Shown: in pieces, positions 1 through 13,360 of the stretch
Layout: the number at the start of each line of letters is the position of its first letter
Numbering within the stretch: the first letter of the stretch is position 1
The notes under the pieces: generated by a model
What the model saw: the letters and a program-made list of their open reading frames with translations, nothing else
The model's database searches: none
Told to the model about the DNA's origin: nothing
Source of the DNA: Amoebophrya sp. A120
Taxonomy: Eukaryota > Protista > Dinoflagellata
NCBI GenBank assembly: GCA_905178155.1
Contig: CAJINV010000001.1
Span: 2,097,904-2,161,903 of the forward strand
Reading direction: 5' to 3'
DNA: 64,000 nt
Position numbers and translations under genes: made by a program

Positions 1-395
1 ACTTACTTCTCTACCAACTGGAGGTGGCGACTTTTCGTTCTACAACATGCTGCATTTTCTGTTTGCATTTTCTTACTTTCGGTTTGAGTAAGTAACTTGT
101 TGCCTGCGCGTGACAACAGACGCAGATGCGTCAAGAGGTCTTGATGATGATTAAGGGTTACTAGTAGAAACAACAAGAGTAGAAAAGAGATCGAAAGGGA
201 AGGAGTATGTGGCGCAAAGCAATGCTCTCCAGGAGCGATAAAGATAATCCGCTGTTGAACTTCTACGAGGTGCCTTCAATGTTCTTGCTCCTGTCTACTG
301 AGGTTTTGAATTTGCAAATAAGTTGATTTTTGTCATGAAAGCAAATTTTATCTCCTAAGCTTGTCACCTTGAGCGTCGTCATTGCGAACAATCCT

Positions 396-1642
396 CTACA
401 AGCCTTGACTGCGGTAGACCTCCGGGTCCTGGGAACAGTTCAGGCCGGCGTTTCGGGGCTTGCTATCGGTGAAGGAGTGCGAGAACTTGTTGCTTTTCGG
501 AAAAAACGCGTCCGCCACCTGGTGGGGCCGCGGCTTCTCGTTGCCATAAACACTATCCAAGAAAAAATACTGTTTCACTGTGATGATTTTGCAATATCTG
601 CACCACAAGTTTGTTTACACATGACACACAAATTTTGGCATGCGCGCTTCCCAAGGGAAAACACGGCTAATTCTCCAACTTCTTGCAGGTGTAGCAAGAC
701 AAATAGTTCTGTGTTCCATTTTCTGCATCACAAGTTCACGGTGAAACAGTCTTTTCTTTTCTTGCCATAAACACTGGAGGTGGTGTAGTACAGCGGGTTC
801 TCCTTGTATCCCACGAAAAAAGTGTTACAGTTACAAATTTGTAGTCAATTCAGCAACACAAATTTCTCTGCATGAGAGAGAAAACTTGTAATGCAGAAAT
901 CCTACGGGAAAGCACCTATGAGACGAGGCTTCTATACGTATCCGGCATGACAGAGCTTGTCTGTCTTGCTTGGCCTGCAACACAATGTGTAACTGTCACT
1001 TTTTCCTTGTGATACCTCGCGCAAAGGCGGATAAATCATGCGGTCCGGGTCCACGGGAAACCTCTTCGGCAACACGTGCGCGCTCAGTACCTGGCGGAGT
1101 ATTCAAAATTGTCGTTGCAAAATAAATACAGGCGAACAACAAGCCAAGAAACGTAGAAGTTTCAACAAAAGTCTGCTTCTCTTTCTGCCTACTTCTAACT
1201 TATATTTCATTTAGGTCGTTAACCACTTCTTAGATAGAGTAGTACCCGCTCCGCATTGATGGAATCGGCTTCCTTTTTGATGGTGTTTGTCATAATGAAG
1301 TCCGTGTCCTCGACCACTTATCCTCTGCAAAAGTATCGCACCCGTGGTAATCCCAATCATGCATTGCAAATTCCTTTCTTGTGGTAAACCCACATTATAT
1401 ATAAATTCCATTTGCATTTGTCATGCTAAGGGAATTTGTCATGCGATTTCTACGTAGTGCGATACTTTTGCAATGCATACCACCGGCCGGACCGGCTTCT
1501 TCAGGTCGTCATTTCTCCGGATCACTTCCTTCGGCGTGAGGAGGTCCTTCTTCGATTTCACCCGGTTTCCGAACCCAATCTCGGACTGCGTGGTGCGCCA
1601 GAAGCTCGGCACCGCCTTCTGCGGAAGCTCTTCTTCCGGCAT
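396..1642 (-). CDS. PIERCE1/PIERCE2 (C9orf116/C15orf65, FAP182-like) axonemal microtubule inner protein; spliced
   Basis: Removing introners 1319-1479, 807-1014 and 554-769 plus a GT-AG intron (1091-1245) gives one ORF, MPEEELPQ...ENPLYYTTSSVYGNEKPRPHQVADAFFPKSNKFS...RNAGLN. This resembles the family motif PLYRTSNxxYG...FxPxSxKFS. Family recognised from memory, not by search. Confidence 0.65.
554..769. mobile_element. IR introner, family G
   Basis: TAT...ATA ends; TIR AAGAAAAAATACTGTTTCACTGTGA versus TCACGGTGAAACAGTCTTTTCTTT; TSD AACAC/AACAC. Confidence 0.85.
807..1014. mobile_element. IR introner, family D
   Basis: TIR AAAAAGTGTTACAGTTACA; TSD CCTTG/CCTCG; related to 56975-57183. Confidence 0.85.
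1319..1479. mobile_element. IR introner, family A
   Basis: TIR TGCAAAAGTATCGCAC (1326-1341 and 1457-1472); TSD CCACT/CCACC. Confidence 0.9.
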
Positions 1643-3323
1643 GATAAAAGTTTTTAGTTGAAGTAGATGATACGACCTTCCTACCGCTCACAAAATGTTG
1701 GGCAAAAAAAAACCTACAGTAAGTCAAAATAAAGACCGTTGCGTTGTCTTGCTTTGTAGGATTGTTGAACAACAGATGTCCGATATCTTGATCTTCACCG
1801 ATTTTGATTTTCTTTCTGCTCCTTGCCCCAACGTTGCCCAAAATACAACTCTGACGAGATGGTGCCTCGGTCGTCTCTCAAGCGACTTCAAGTTGTTGCC
1901 GTTGCGTAAAGAAGAATACTATGTGAGACTAAGATGTCACCACAACTGGACTATCTATAGCAGAGTGATGAGCTCGACGTCAACCCGCCCTCGGGCTCAG
2001 ACAATTATCGATATAGCTACTACAAGTTCAAGTAGTACGGGCTTCGAGAAAGTGAAAATGGGAATGAAATGAATCGTCCGAGCTGCGTTTTATCAAATTC
2101 GCTCAAGAAGTGGGTCCAACCTGCATCCGTGTCGTTTCTTGCAAGTAACTGCAACAAATAAAGGTAGCAGATCTTCTTCGCAAGATTTCATCTTTTATTT
2201 TTCCGCAAAAACTACTACAAAAGTATGTTCTTGCTGCTGGGCTCGGTCGCAGTACGTGGTACAAAATATCCTCTACGGCTTCTCGGACGCACACCTGATT
2301 TTCCAAGGACGAGAGACGAAACGAAGTGCGACGACGAGATTTTTTTAACTCGCGTGGACGATATTCATTTCGACGGGCACTATTGGGTCCAAGAAAGGCA
2401 TGAAAACAACACCGCAGATGACCTTGTCTGCGTGACAATCAATGTTGATAAAAATCACCGATAATTTATGAGAACGTATATGTGTTTTTCAACCCGTCAA
2501 GTTGTCGTCATATACATGCACTTAAGGTCTTCAACGCCGTATGTCCATGGTACATCGCGGAGGTTTATCAAGAAAAATGTCGATCCTATCTATGCCCATG
2601 GGTACCTGTAGATACCAGAAAAAATCAAACTTCTTGCCCATTTCACCGAGGGAACGAAGATTTACAGCTGCGTGCGTCGGAGTACGAAATGCATATGCAC
2701 GCACCCAAAACTTGTAGTCAAAACGTACCAGCATGAAATGGCGTCACACGACTGCGTCGTCATAGTAAAAAGCAGGAGCGATCCACCCACGACAACATCA
2801 AAGAATAAGAAAACGGCATCAAACATTGAGCAGCACACTTGACAACACAAAAACTGTGACTACTTGGGCATGACTAGCAAAACTGGTTGAATTTTTACTA
2901 GTCGTGTGATTGTGACCGAATATTCGTATTCCAAAAAAGTTTTACAAAAATTGTCTACTCTCTTCCTATGTCCGACGCGAATTATGCACGGAGATACAAT
3001 CGACAGAGAGCTAGAAGTGGAGCAAGAATCCAGTGGAACAATGATTGAAGGTTAGGATTTATTAGGAAGCCGCCCGCCCAAATGGAGACACTTCTTCGCT
3101 GAAGATCTTATCGTATCGAAAACATTGGCGCAAGCCTGACAATCCTATCACTTAGTCCATGTCTTGTTCGTTCAATCTCTTCTACCCCTGCTACTTATTC
3201 CAAATCGACGAAGGTCGTTATTTGCGAAGTGCACCCTCTGCCGTGAATGGTATCGACAACTTTCATCTTGCAAATAGGGAAGGACGAGACCATGCGTAAA
3301 TACAAATACGCCATATTAGCTGC

Positions 3324-4926
3324 TCAGATGCTGGCTTCAGAACTGAGATCGCTTGAAAAATCATACTCGTATCCTGTGCAAAAGTATCGCACTCGTATAA
3401 ATTTAAATGCAAGTCTTGCATTACAAATATCGTGTCCACGACAAATCTGCACTACAAATCTTATTTCTCATGCTGGGGAAATTTGTAATGCATTTAAATT
3501 TATACGAGTACGATACTTTTGCAATGCATAATTCGTCCTCCTCGTCAACGTTTGTGTCGTCCAAATTGCTCGATCGCTTACTGCTGTGCGCTGTGTCTTT
3601 CGATGAGGAAGAATTGGCGTTTTTTTCACCAGATGTTGTCGTCGTAGTACTTGATGTCGCCGTATTAAAACTACTATTCAGCTTGTAGAATTCCGGAATT
3701 GGTGCGGCACTGATGATGCGCTTCTTGATGTCCAGAATCTGCTGACGCTGTGGCTCGTAGTCGCGGCATTGCATGCCCTCGCGACTAAACATCCAGGCTT
3801 GCTTCTGGTGCTTCTTGTTGCCCTCACAGGACCACTGTAGGTTCTCCAGCTTCTCCAGGTGTTTCGGGGTCAGAACCTGATGGTCGTAGGCGTAGTTTGA
3901 GTGACGTAGTACTAAATAGTCTCTCTTCTTTGAGTGATTTGGATATATAAGACGCAACAAGAGAAGGACACTGAAAACAAAATGGGCACCACCGCCCCTT
4001 CGTTGATTCTCATTCTCTGTCTAAGTCTATGCGTGAAAAAGTACAAGAACCGCCTCTACCTCGTCCTGATGCTCTCCACATAAAAGACAGCGCATCTTGC
4101 AGACATTTGCCTTCAGGAAATAATCCTCACTCATGACGAACATGAGGTAGGGGCAGTTTTTCCGCGGCTCCACGGTGGAAACGGTGTTGTCGAGAATCTT
4201 GTCGAGCACCAGCCGCAGCGTGTCCATGGCAATCTGCCGATTCTTCACTTCTACTAAATGCTCCGGGTCCTGCGAGTGCTCCCAGTAGAATTCCTTCGGC
4301 TTCTTCGTCGATTTCGTCCGACACAGGAGGCACTTGAACTGCAGACCGTGGAAATTATTGATGTCGCCGATCACTTTGCAGTACTGCCGCAGGTCCTTCT
4401 TTACGACGTACTGACATTCGTCTGTGCTCCATTCCAACAGATGATCCCATTCCCCGTTGTAGTTGTCCCACGAGTCGCTGGCAGCCTGGCTGGAGGAGGA
4501 GGATTTCTTGTTGTTCTTGGTTGAGGAGGAAGTCCCTGTAGTTGCTCCATTCTCTTGTTCATCCTCGTCCACATCCACGCACTTGCCGAACATGCACTTA
4601 TCCAAAAACTTCGACTTCTGCCACGCCTGCTGCTTCCGCTCACGGTCCTTCCGCTCCTTTTTCAGCCTTTCCCGCTCGGCATTGTCCGCCTTCTTCTGCC
4701 GCCGGGCCTGCGCCTGCCGCTCCTCCTCCTCCAGCTGCTCCTGTCGCGCGCGCGCTTCTTCCGGACTCAAGTTCAACCGAGCTAATTCTTCCTCCAACTG
4801 ACGCTGCAACTGGGTTTGAGCAGTGGTATTTGAGGAGGTCGCGGGCGCGGCAGGAGCTTTGCTGTGTTTGCTACCGGTGCCCGCTGATGGGTTCTGCTGC
4901 TGGTCCACCCGTCGTCCTCCGCCCAT
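3324..4926 (-). CDS. Protein with coiled-coil N-terminus and U1/matrin-like C2H2 zinc finger(s); spliced
   Basis: ORF 4027-4926 contains CLLC-x14-H-x5-H and a second CLLC. It continues in ORF 3421-3960 after a probable GT-AG intron (acceptor uncertain). Removing introner 3370-3530 gives DE-YDFSSDLSSEASI-stop. Confidence 0.55.
3370..3530. mobile_element. IR introner, family A
   Basis: 35-bp TIR with one mismatch (3377-3411 and 3489-3523); TSD ACTCG/ATTCG. Confidence 0.9.
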
Positions 4927-5743
4927 TTTTTATTGCGTAGAGGGTGTAGTAATAGTCCGTGTAAAGAGATGATATGAGGGTCGGGTCTTTACTGATGAAT
5001 CCAAGATTTGTATACTTTTTGAGTCCAAGTTTATTCTGGTGTAACTGTACCCTCCAGTCTTCTACCAGCGACAATCAAAAGCGTTTTTTTTTGGTTGAGG
5101 ACTGTACTAGCGTTTTTCCTTGATGTTTGTATTTGTTCATGTACTACATAGAATTTTGCAATTTTCAAATGTCAACTAGTGGTCACATTTTGAAGAGTCT
5201 CTTTTTCTGCTCTCTTTGCATGTAGGTACTTACGTACGTGGCTAAAAGGTTTGAGATCCTCTTTCAAATGCCCGCCATGCTGCTTCGATGTTCAAGTCTA
5301 TTATTTCCATGCAGCTACTGCGTCAACTTGTTCCGCGGGCTACAAGAAAATGAAAAGCTCGTTTGTCAGTAGTTAATTGATACTTCGCAGAGTACGGAAT
5401 AAAAAACAAAAACATATGCCTAAAGCACGAAGACGATAGAGAGTTCCGCCTGGGTCTCATCTTCATCTTTTTTCTGATTCCGTGACGTCGCATTGCGAGT
5501 GACATGACATCTCGGAATTTGCTGGAACAAATCTACTGGCGGGCGACCACGGCCACGTCACTTCTTCAACGTGATCGGTTCTTGTGGTTCGTCTGAGTGC
5601 ATTCAGTATAGTTCTTGCAGTCAGAGACCCGACTATGTTGCGCAACAGTTATTCAATATTCAAGAAGGACATGTTTGACATTGTCAAGATCAGAAAGAGG
5701 TGCTGTGGCTGCCACGACTCAATTACAACACCTCGTCTTCTCC

Positions 5744-8462
5744 CTAGTGCTTTCGTTTTTTTGTCCCGTAGGTGCCAGGATCGTAGTCCTCGTCTTCGGA
5801 GCGCATGTCGACGTCACTCAAATCCTCGTCCATCTCCTCGCTTTCGGGGTCTTCCCCCGGCACAAAGTCGCTGTCCTCCGAGTTATCATCCAGCACCTCG
5901 TGCTGCTGTCGTGCTGCCGCGCTCGCCATCGATTTCGCAGGCATCTGCAGCTCCGGCACCTTGACTCCCCGCTCCTTGAGCGCGGCCAGGAGCGGTGGAC
6001 ACTCCTCTTTCGGGACCTGAGAAAGAATGTACAAAACTTCGGAAGGAGCTGCGAGGCAGTAAGAACTACCTTCAACCGCCTTCAGAATGAATGATCTTCA
6101 CGAAACTAGCGCTATTGACGGCGATCAGAGTTGTGATACAGAATCTTCACACACTTGTCGTGAAGACAATTTGTCGTCGCGTCCCCTCACGATAGGCCAC
6201 CAAGAAGTAGAAACAACTCAAATGAAGAATAATCCGCAACTACACCAGTTCCTATTTTTTATACCTGTGTAAATTCGAAGGTGGCGTCTTTGGTGACAAC
6301 GGACATGACGAGGAAGCGATTGCTGTTGTGCATGTCCGTTCCCCGCTGCAGCTGTATCGCTAATATCCGCGAGTACATGATGTACAGAATCGGTTTGTGA
6401 ATGAACAAAATCGCCTTCTTCAGCGGAAAGATCATGCCGTTGTTGCTCTTGTGGCTGCACATCACGCACTTCCCGCCCCGCGCCGACATGTAGGTGTCCA
6501 ATGCGAGGGTGAGCGTGACGTCCGACAGCATGGTGAATAAACGGGAGAGAAACTCGTACAACAGCAAACTCCTTTTCCCCGTCGTGGGCTCGCGATTCAG
6601 GTTGTGCTTCTTGAGCTCGACCTCCTTAATGTTGTTCAGCTCCATCGCGTCCGGCGTCGGGAGCGACAGCGCCTCGGACTGCATGCAGATGAAGTGGTGC
6701 TCCTGCGACCCGTGGCGAATCGGCATGGAGAGCTGAAACACTAAATGCATGTCGTTCCGCAGCCCCTGTAATACGAACAGTTTCCGCAGCGTGCTGTAGC
6801 GAATCATGAAGTCGCTGCTTTTCCCGTGCAGGCTGAAACCGTTGCTGTGAAACTTCAAACTGCCCCGCAGCGCGGGCACCGCCCACTTGAGGTCCGGCAC
6901 TTCGCAGACGGTCTCGCTCACGTCCATTTCCAGATCCAAGCCCGTGATCATGGCGGACCGGAGCTTCTCCGCGCGGGTCTGGTCTTCAAACTCGTTTGCG
7001 TTTTTCTTCTTGTTGCCGCCACGCTTATTTCTCCCGCCCACGTTGCTCGCGTCGTCGTCACCCGGGTTATGACAATGCGCACCTCCCCCTCATTTGTATA
7101 GCATGAACGGCAATACAAGCATCAGCAAGAGTGCCGGTTTTGCATGACAAAGTTACACTGGAGTGTATTACTATTTGGGCCACCGGAATTTGTCATACAT
7201 GCCAACAGTGCCAAGAGGCAAAGGCTGGATTGGGTATTTTGCATGACAAATGAGGGGAGGGGGAGTTGTGCACTGTCATACGGGTCCAGGTCCCCGTCGC
7301 CGCGCTCGGGCTCGATGTAAAACCGGACTTCCGTCAAAAGTTCGGCGCCGGTGCGAGAACTACCTTGGTCGGCGCGGAGCGCTTCGTTTTCGTCCAATCC
7401 GAACGGGTCTTCCAGCTCGACGTGCACCTCGTTGCGGTTGGGGTTTGTCACCTGGGACACGTCCCGCGCGACCAAATGCAGCACCTGCTCGTCGTTCTCG
7501 TTCCGAAGACTGTACTCCAGCTCGTCATCACCGAGAAGATCTAAATCCCCCCAGTTCCCCCCGCGCGTCGCCAGCAACCGGTTGCTCAGGCCCGCAATCC
7601 GCTTGTTCAGCTTTGGGGAGGGGGAGCGTTCGTCGTCCGAGGAGGAATCACTTTCGTCCTCCTTGGCCAGCAGCTCGTCCGCCAGTAGCGGCGCCGCTTT
7701 GTGAACCATTTCCCGATGAAACACGTGACTACTTAAAATGCTCTCGATGTTCAGGATGTCTTCCTTTTTGAAGCCATCGTAACGGAAAATATTCTTTTTC
7801 GTGACGAACTTCAGCAAAAAGCTCCTGCCCGACTATCAAAACGAAAAATCCCCCCTCCCCATATCGAAAGCGAAATATTGTGATGCTGTATCTGAGTACA
7901 CAAATCGACTTGTAATGCTAGAAGGCCAGGACGAGACGCAGCTGTGGCCTCGGTTGCAGGCAATTTGTCATGCTGTTTCCCACTTCCAGCTGCCCCCTGT
8001 CATGCTGACGATGCAAGGCTTTCCCACGCCAAGCAGCACTCGAGTCCGCATCTTTTCCCTTCTAGCATGACAAAGCTGATTTGTGACCACAAATCTGCAT
8101 CACAAATTTCTAGGTTGAGTATGGAGTGGGGGGATTTTTCACTTTGATGCCGACACCTGGGTCACCTCCGGCCGCTCCAGTAGGTCGCGGAAAAAAAACG
8201 ACTGGATCTTGTTCGTAAGCACGTTTTTGAACCCGCACTGCTCCGGGTTCAGTCGGAACAAGCCCAACGCGCCCGTGGGCACGTCCCGAATCTCGGAGAA
8301 CGCGAGTTTTAACTGTTGTTCCTGCTGATTGATGTTCGCTGGGTTATTGTTGTTTGTCCCGCCGGAGGAAGGGCCTGCTGCACCACTACTCCCGCCGGCG
8401 TTCTTGCCGCCGCCGGTGGAGGATGAAGAGGCTGGGTTCATGTTGGGCCGGTGGGAGGACAT
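5744..8462 (-). CDS. SSRP1: FACT complex subunit SSRP1/Pob3; 4 exons
   Basis: Motifs FRYDGF, RGGNWG, LTEVRFYI, LHGKSSDFMIRY, PIRHGSQEHHF and IFPLKKAILFIHKP, plus the acidic tail DSEDSDFVP. The frame is restored by removing introners 7834-8149 and 7068-7280 and GT-AG intron 6017-6264. Confidence 0.9.
7068..7280. mobile_element. IR introner, family B
   Basis: TATGACA...TGTCATA; TSD CGGGT; highly similar along its length to 22973-23191. Confidence 0.92.
7834..8149. mobile_element. IR introner, family F-like
   Basis: TIR ATCAAAACGAAAAATCCCCCC versus GGGGGGATTTTTCACTTTGAT; TSD CCGAC; ends ATG rather than ATA. Confidence 0.88.
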
Positions 8463-10158
8463 CTTTTTTGTCGCCGGACGATATGATATTGTCGTGATAA
8501 AAAAGAAAGTTATGCGATGTGTTTAAATGGAAAACGAAAATTTGTACTTAATTCAACGAGCTCAGGGTCTGGAGGTACTATAGGTCGTCATTGGTAATTA
8601 TGCTGGCACTTAGTCCAGTTCTACATGGTACTTGTCGTCTTATTTCTTCTGGGTTGGCATCTTCTAGTGGTAATGGTGACTCAATCATCGGCGAAAAACC
8701 GCTATGGGTCGTAAAGTTTATTGACGTTATGTATACTTCAAGTTGTCGCTGTATTGTTTCGACATTAGTATGTGGCTCGTGAAGTAGATCATTTTGCTTG
8801 TACTAGGTGGACCTGAGCATGATCAACAAAACGAGTCGGGGCTGGCAGTGCCGCAGCAGAAGAGAAACAGAAATCACATGAACAATGGTTCAGGTTGTAG
8901 TTGTGAAGATTACTATCGTCAAAAAATGGAATTAGGATCTTCGTCACGGTCCGTCTCTTCTTGTTCTTACGCTTGGCGGAATAACGGATAAAAAGTATGT
9001 TGGTATCTCTTGCTGCTCTATCACTACGCATGAAGATAGCCATGATAATGTTCGAGCTCCTTGACCACTGCTTTTGATGACCTCAAGGACTTTGTTGGGA
9101 AGCGTGTTGAAGATCAAGCTGGTGCCCAGAAATTCGAATGATGTGAATGTGATCCAGGACTAGATCAGGCATAATATCTAAATAAGGATGAATGTCTCCT
9201 CAGTGGTTACTTCATAAATGCGCCAGGACTACTAAGCGGAGCAAGGGTTTGCGATATCGATATTGTCAACAAGCGCAGCATGAAAATAACTAAATCTTGA
9301 GAACAAAGTTTACTTCTGCACGCCAAAAAATTGACTGATGGGGCCATAGGGTCGTCGTCGTTTTTCCGGTGGCTATAATTTCCCTCGTCACTCTCTGCGG
9401 ACGACGCTGATATTGCGGTCCGCAAGTATTCAATTTGACCAACGTAATTAGAATCTTAAGGACAACGAACGGATGTTTCTTTTGTCTTGTTTCTATTTCA
9501 TCTCCTTGTAGTACCATTCAGTCTAACAAGTCAAGATTCGTTTTCGTCCGCTGTGTCTGTTATTTTCAGACAACGGCTTCGCTTTTTTGACAGGTGGCAG
9601 CTGATGATGAAAAGAGGTGAACTTCTACGTCCCCTTCGACGCTCTACTTCCGAGCTGAAGTTCTTTACTTCGACTTCCTCGTGATCCGATCGAGTAGAGG
9701 TGAAGCAAGAAGAAGTTCTGCCGCCTTTATTCCGATCAGCTGCGCTGCCGATAGCGGTGCTCTACTCGTCCTCCTGCTGGGGTCGTGAACTTGCTTTTAA
9801 TGGTTAATATTTCAGAAGAACGAATGTTCGAACCCATCTCGTGAGTAGTCTTTGACAGGACGTCGACAAAGACGAAGTAGGTTTATGTATATGAAGTACT
9901 TTGAATAGCGTTCAGAAAAAATCATCTTCGGAGGTAAATGTGCAGCGACATCACCGTCTCCTCTTTCATGTCACAAAATTAAGAACTAGCTCATCTGCGG
10001 GATGATGTAGTAGTTGCAAAACGCACTGCAAATTGAAACTAACTAGATCCATCCTGTTTCTCCCGTTCTACGTAAAAACCGGCACGTACTCCTCCGCAGG
10101 GCAGGTAGAGAGCTGCACAACTACTACCCTTTGTAATTGTCTCTGCTGTTGTAGCTCC

Positions 10159-13100
10159 TCACGCCGAAGCAGTGATGGCGTTCAACCCCGAGCTCTGCAG
10201 CATCAACTTCTGCACGCACAGCAGGGCTTCCCGGGCCACCTCACGCTGGCTAGCGAAATATCCCTCGGGAACTTCTGGTCACGTTGTGGAAAATCAGGAC
10301 TCAGCAACTATTGAAGATATTTCCAGCCGGACGTCGTTACATGCATATGTTGATCCTCGATCTAGAATCGTGGCGAATGGAGGCTCGCTGCAAGAACCGC
10401 ACATAGCATATTACCGCGGCAAGAACGGGTGGAAACATCTGCAGGCTGTATCGTAGCTACAAATAGACACGACCCGATGGTACGCGTGGTTTAGTTCATC
10501 TAAATCGGTTTGTTTTTTGCCTCTACTTGACCATATGAAGTCCTTCGGGATATGGACATCAGCTCCAGCATTTTGTCCTTAGCCCCACGCGTTGTTGCGA
10601 TGTGCTTACCTACAGAGTCAAATGGAGGAACAGGATTAGGATTTTCTTCGCAATTAGAATTATAGTACTGTTGAGGAGGATGGCTGAGATTTTGCATCGA
10701 AAACAAAAAGGTGAGCATCATCATGCAAAAAACACTAGGCTCAACAATCGTATACCGACGGGATGCAGGCGGGCGAATTCCCCAAGATCGTGGCAGGCGA
10801 CCGCGTATCAACTGTAAAAATGTCTGGGTCTGGAAGAGGGGTGTCATGCTTGTCTGGCATGACAAAAAAGTTTGTGATGCGTGTCCACGACGAGACCCTT
10901 ATGCCTGTCATGCAAAAACGCAGTGTCTCATGCGAAAAACGCAACACAAAGCAGCGCAGATATTTCTCATGCTTGGTTGTGCATTACAGAGCATTCACTA
11001 TTCCCAACACAGCATTACAAGTTTCCAGACCCAGACATTTTTACATTTGATACCGCGAGAGTTTCTGCGTCCTTACTGGTTCGCACAATCACAATATCAC
11101 AGGAAAAAGTGTTAACGTTAACGGAATTTGTGATGCAGTAGTACATCACAAAACTACGTGCCCCCCAACTTTGTCATGTATAGCATGCATACCAGGCAAA
11201 ATTTGTGATGCATATTTGCAATCTATGAAAATCGTTAACATTAACACTTTTTTGTTTGATACACCATCAGGTGGTCGATCACCTTGAAGTTGCTTCCCTC
11301 GCACTTCAAAACCTGCATTTTTGTAAGGCTAAGCAGTGGTGGAGTACTTGCGTAAGATGTAGCTGACGCGGCTTGTTTCCCTTTCGTTTCTGTTGATGTT
11401 GGCATGTTGTACTCTACTGTACTCTTCAGTATTTTCAAAAACATCGCAAATCGAAATCATGTAGTAAGTAAATGAATACGTTTTCGAGCCAGAACTTTTC
11501 ACTGTGGATGAATCCCCACTTGAGCCTGCCGGACATGACCTCCCGTTCGAACCGCTCGAAATTGGTCAAGATCTTGACCTCCGCCTGCAGCGCAGAGATC
11601 AGCTTCTTGATGAGGGCGATCAGCTCCGGGTCCCTCCACTTCTCATATTCCAGGGCGGACACCAGGTTCATCGTCTCCTGCTCCGCCATTTCTGATTTTG
11701 GAAGAAATTTGAATTTCGATGATGATGAAATTGGTGGAGTTGGACAGTTTATACGATTTATTCTGTTCCATTTTTTTTCCATGTTTGTAGCAGGGCCTCC
11801 TGTTGTGTTTGCGCAGACGAGCTGGCGTGAAATAGGTAAATGAACTTCAATTTGTTCCCCTTCAACATCATGATGCGCGACAAGGACCTTAACGACGATC
11901 GGACGATCGTGATAAGGGCTGACAAATGCTGTTCTTTCAAAAACTACCCCTTGAAAACGAAAACAATAAATCCTGTACCTTCACACATGGTCTTCTTCGC
12001 GAGCAGGTTTTCTATTGCCATGAGCGCAATGCGGATCACTTTCTCAGTGCGCACCGTCTTCAAAATCTCGTTGATACTCGAAATCACGCTGGTTGGCATC
12101 TCGACGTCTGTTTTTTTTTTTTGAAAACTATTTTCATTTTGTTTGTGATTGTGAAGATCATGCGTCCTGCGTCTGTATAATGGATCGATGATGTAGATGT
12201 TGTACATCATCTTCGGTCGAGTATTCGCCGGCGAGGAGCAGGAGCGACGGATTCGTCGCACGAAAAACGAAAATCAAAATGAATCAATAAATCAGTACCT
12301 TTGTTAAAGCTCGTGAGCCAGACACACATCAGTGCTTTGTACATGGTCGGAACGCTGCTACTGGAAACGCCACTCAAAATTCGCATCTGCATCGGCGGAA
12401 AAAGGGTCTGAGAGTTTTTTTTAACAGAGACTCTTCAAAATTTGCTAGTTGTCTTTTTTCGATGAAAAGAATTTCGTGAGACAAAGATAAAGAAGTCTCA
12501 GCGTCTACTTCACAAATTTCGATGGCAAAGGCCCGAAAAAAAGCAGGAAAATAAATCCAGTGTTTTTTAGTATACCGATCGCCAATCGGAGCACTTCAGA
12601 AGATTTGCCAAAACGTCGAGTTTACCCGCCTCGGTACCGCTGTATTCCGAGCAGCCAGTATGAAAACGAAAAAAGAACGCGATCGACGGTGCCTAGTCTT
12701 CTTTCATGAACGATGTCGACAGATTAATGGCTATAGCTGGGCGCGATTAAGTGTCTGTCTTCGTATCCATTTTTTTTTTTTTTCCAACATGCACATGCTG
12801 GCGTGACAACTTATGCAACCATATCAATGCTAAATGCAGATGCATGTCAAGAAGATGAAGAAATGAAATCAAATGGTAGTCGCCGACATCTCGGTTCGTG
12901 CACGGCCACGCATGTAAGTACTGAAATGGAAATGCAAATGACCCTCAGGCGCCTGTCGAATTAAGTACAAAGTTCTGTTTTGCTTCCATATGCCTTGACC
13001 TGTGCGGTGGTAAACTTTGCTGGGTATCTGCACATCACGCCGCTGAGCAATATGGGTCTCCCAAGCGTTACATCCTCAACTGTTGCGTGATTTGTCATGC

Positions 13101-13360
13101 AAAATGACCATGAGCCACAAGACGATCAAGCTGCTTCGCATGACAAATTATCGAAGGGCTAAACAACATCTAAGTCCGTGCCTAATTGTAATTTGTGATG
13201 CAAGAGGACTTGCAGTTGAGAATGTAACAGTTGAAAACGCCATAAGCAAGCTGGCCGCCTTGTCGCACATGACCGTGTCGCGAAACTTCATCAGCTCTGC
13301 GAGGTTACTCGTGTTTTCCGGCGTCGCCAAAGCGGCATACAACCCGATAGGACTATGGTA
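10159..13360 (-). CDS. ATP6V1H: V-type proton ATPase subunit H; many exons, 5' start not identified
   Basis: Motifs EKVIRIALMAIENLL, LTNFERFEREVMSGRLKWGFIHSEKFWLEN, TLAVACHDLGEF, GAKDKMLELM and REVAREALLCVQKLM. Stop at 10159-10161. The 5' coordinate is approximate. Confidence 0.85.
10806..11052. mobile_element. IR introner, family C
   Basis: TIR TATCAAcTGTAAAAATGTCTGGGTCTGGAA; TSD CCGCG. Confidence 0.92.
11095..11261. mobile_element. IR introner, family D variant
   Basis: TIR AAAAAGTGTTAAcGTTAACG; TSD CACAA/CACCA. Confidence 0.85.
13051..13244. mobile_element. IR introner, family E
   Basis: Inner TIR GTTACATcCTCAACTG versus CAGTTGAGAATGTAAC; TSD AGCAA; related to 40342-40577. Confidence 0.88.

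Noticed and set aside
1700-3250. Protein-coding gene between the first two genes (likewise 8550-10000)
   Set aside because: Only short ORFs without motifs, and no consistent spliced frame could be built.
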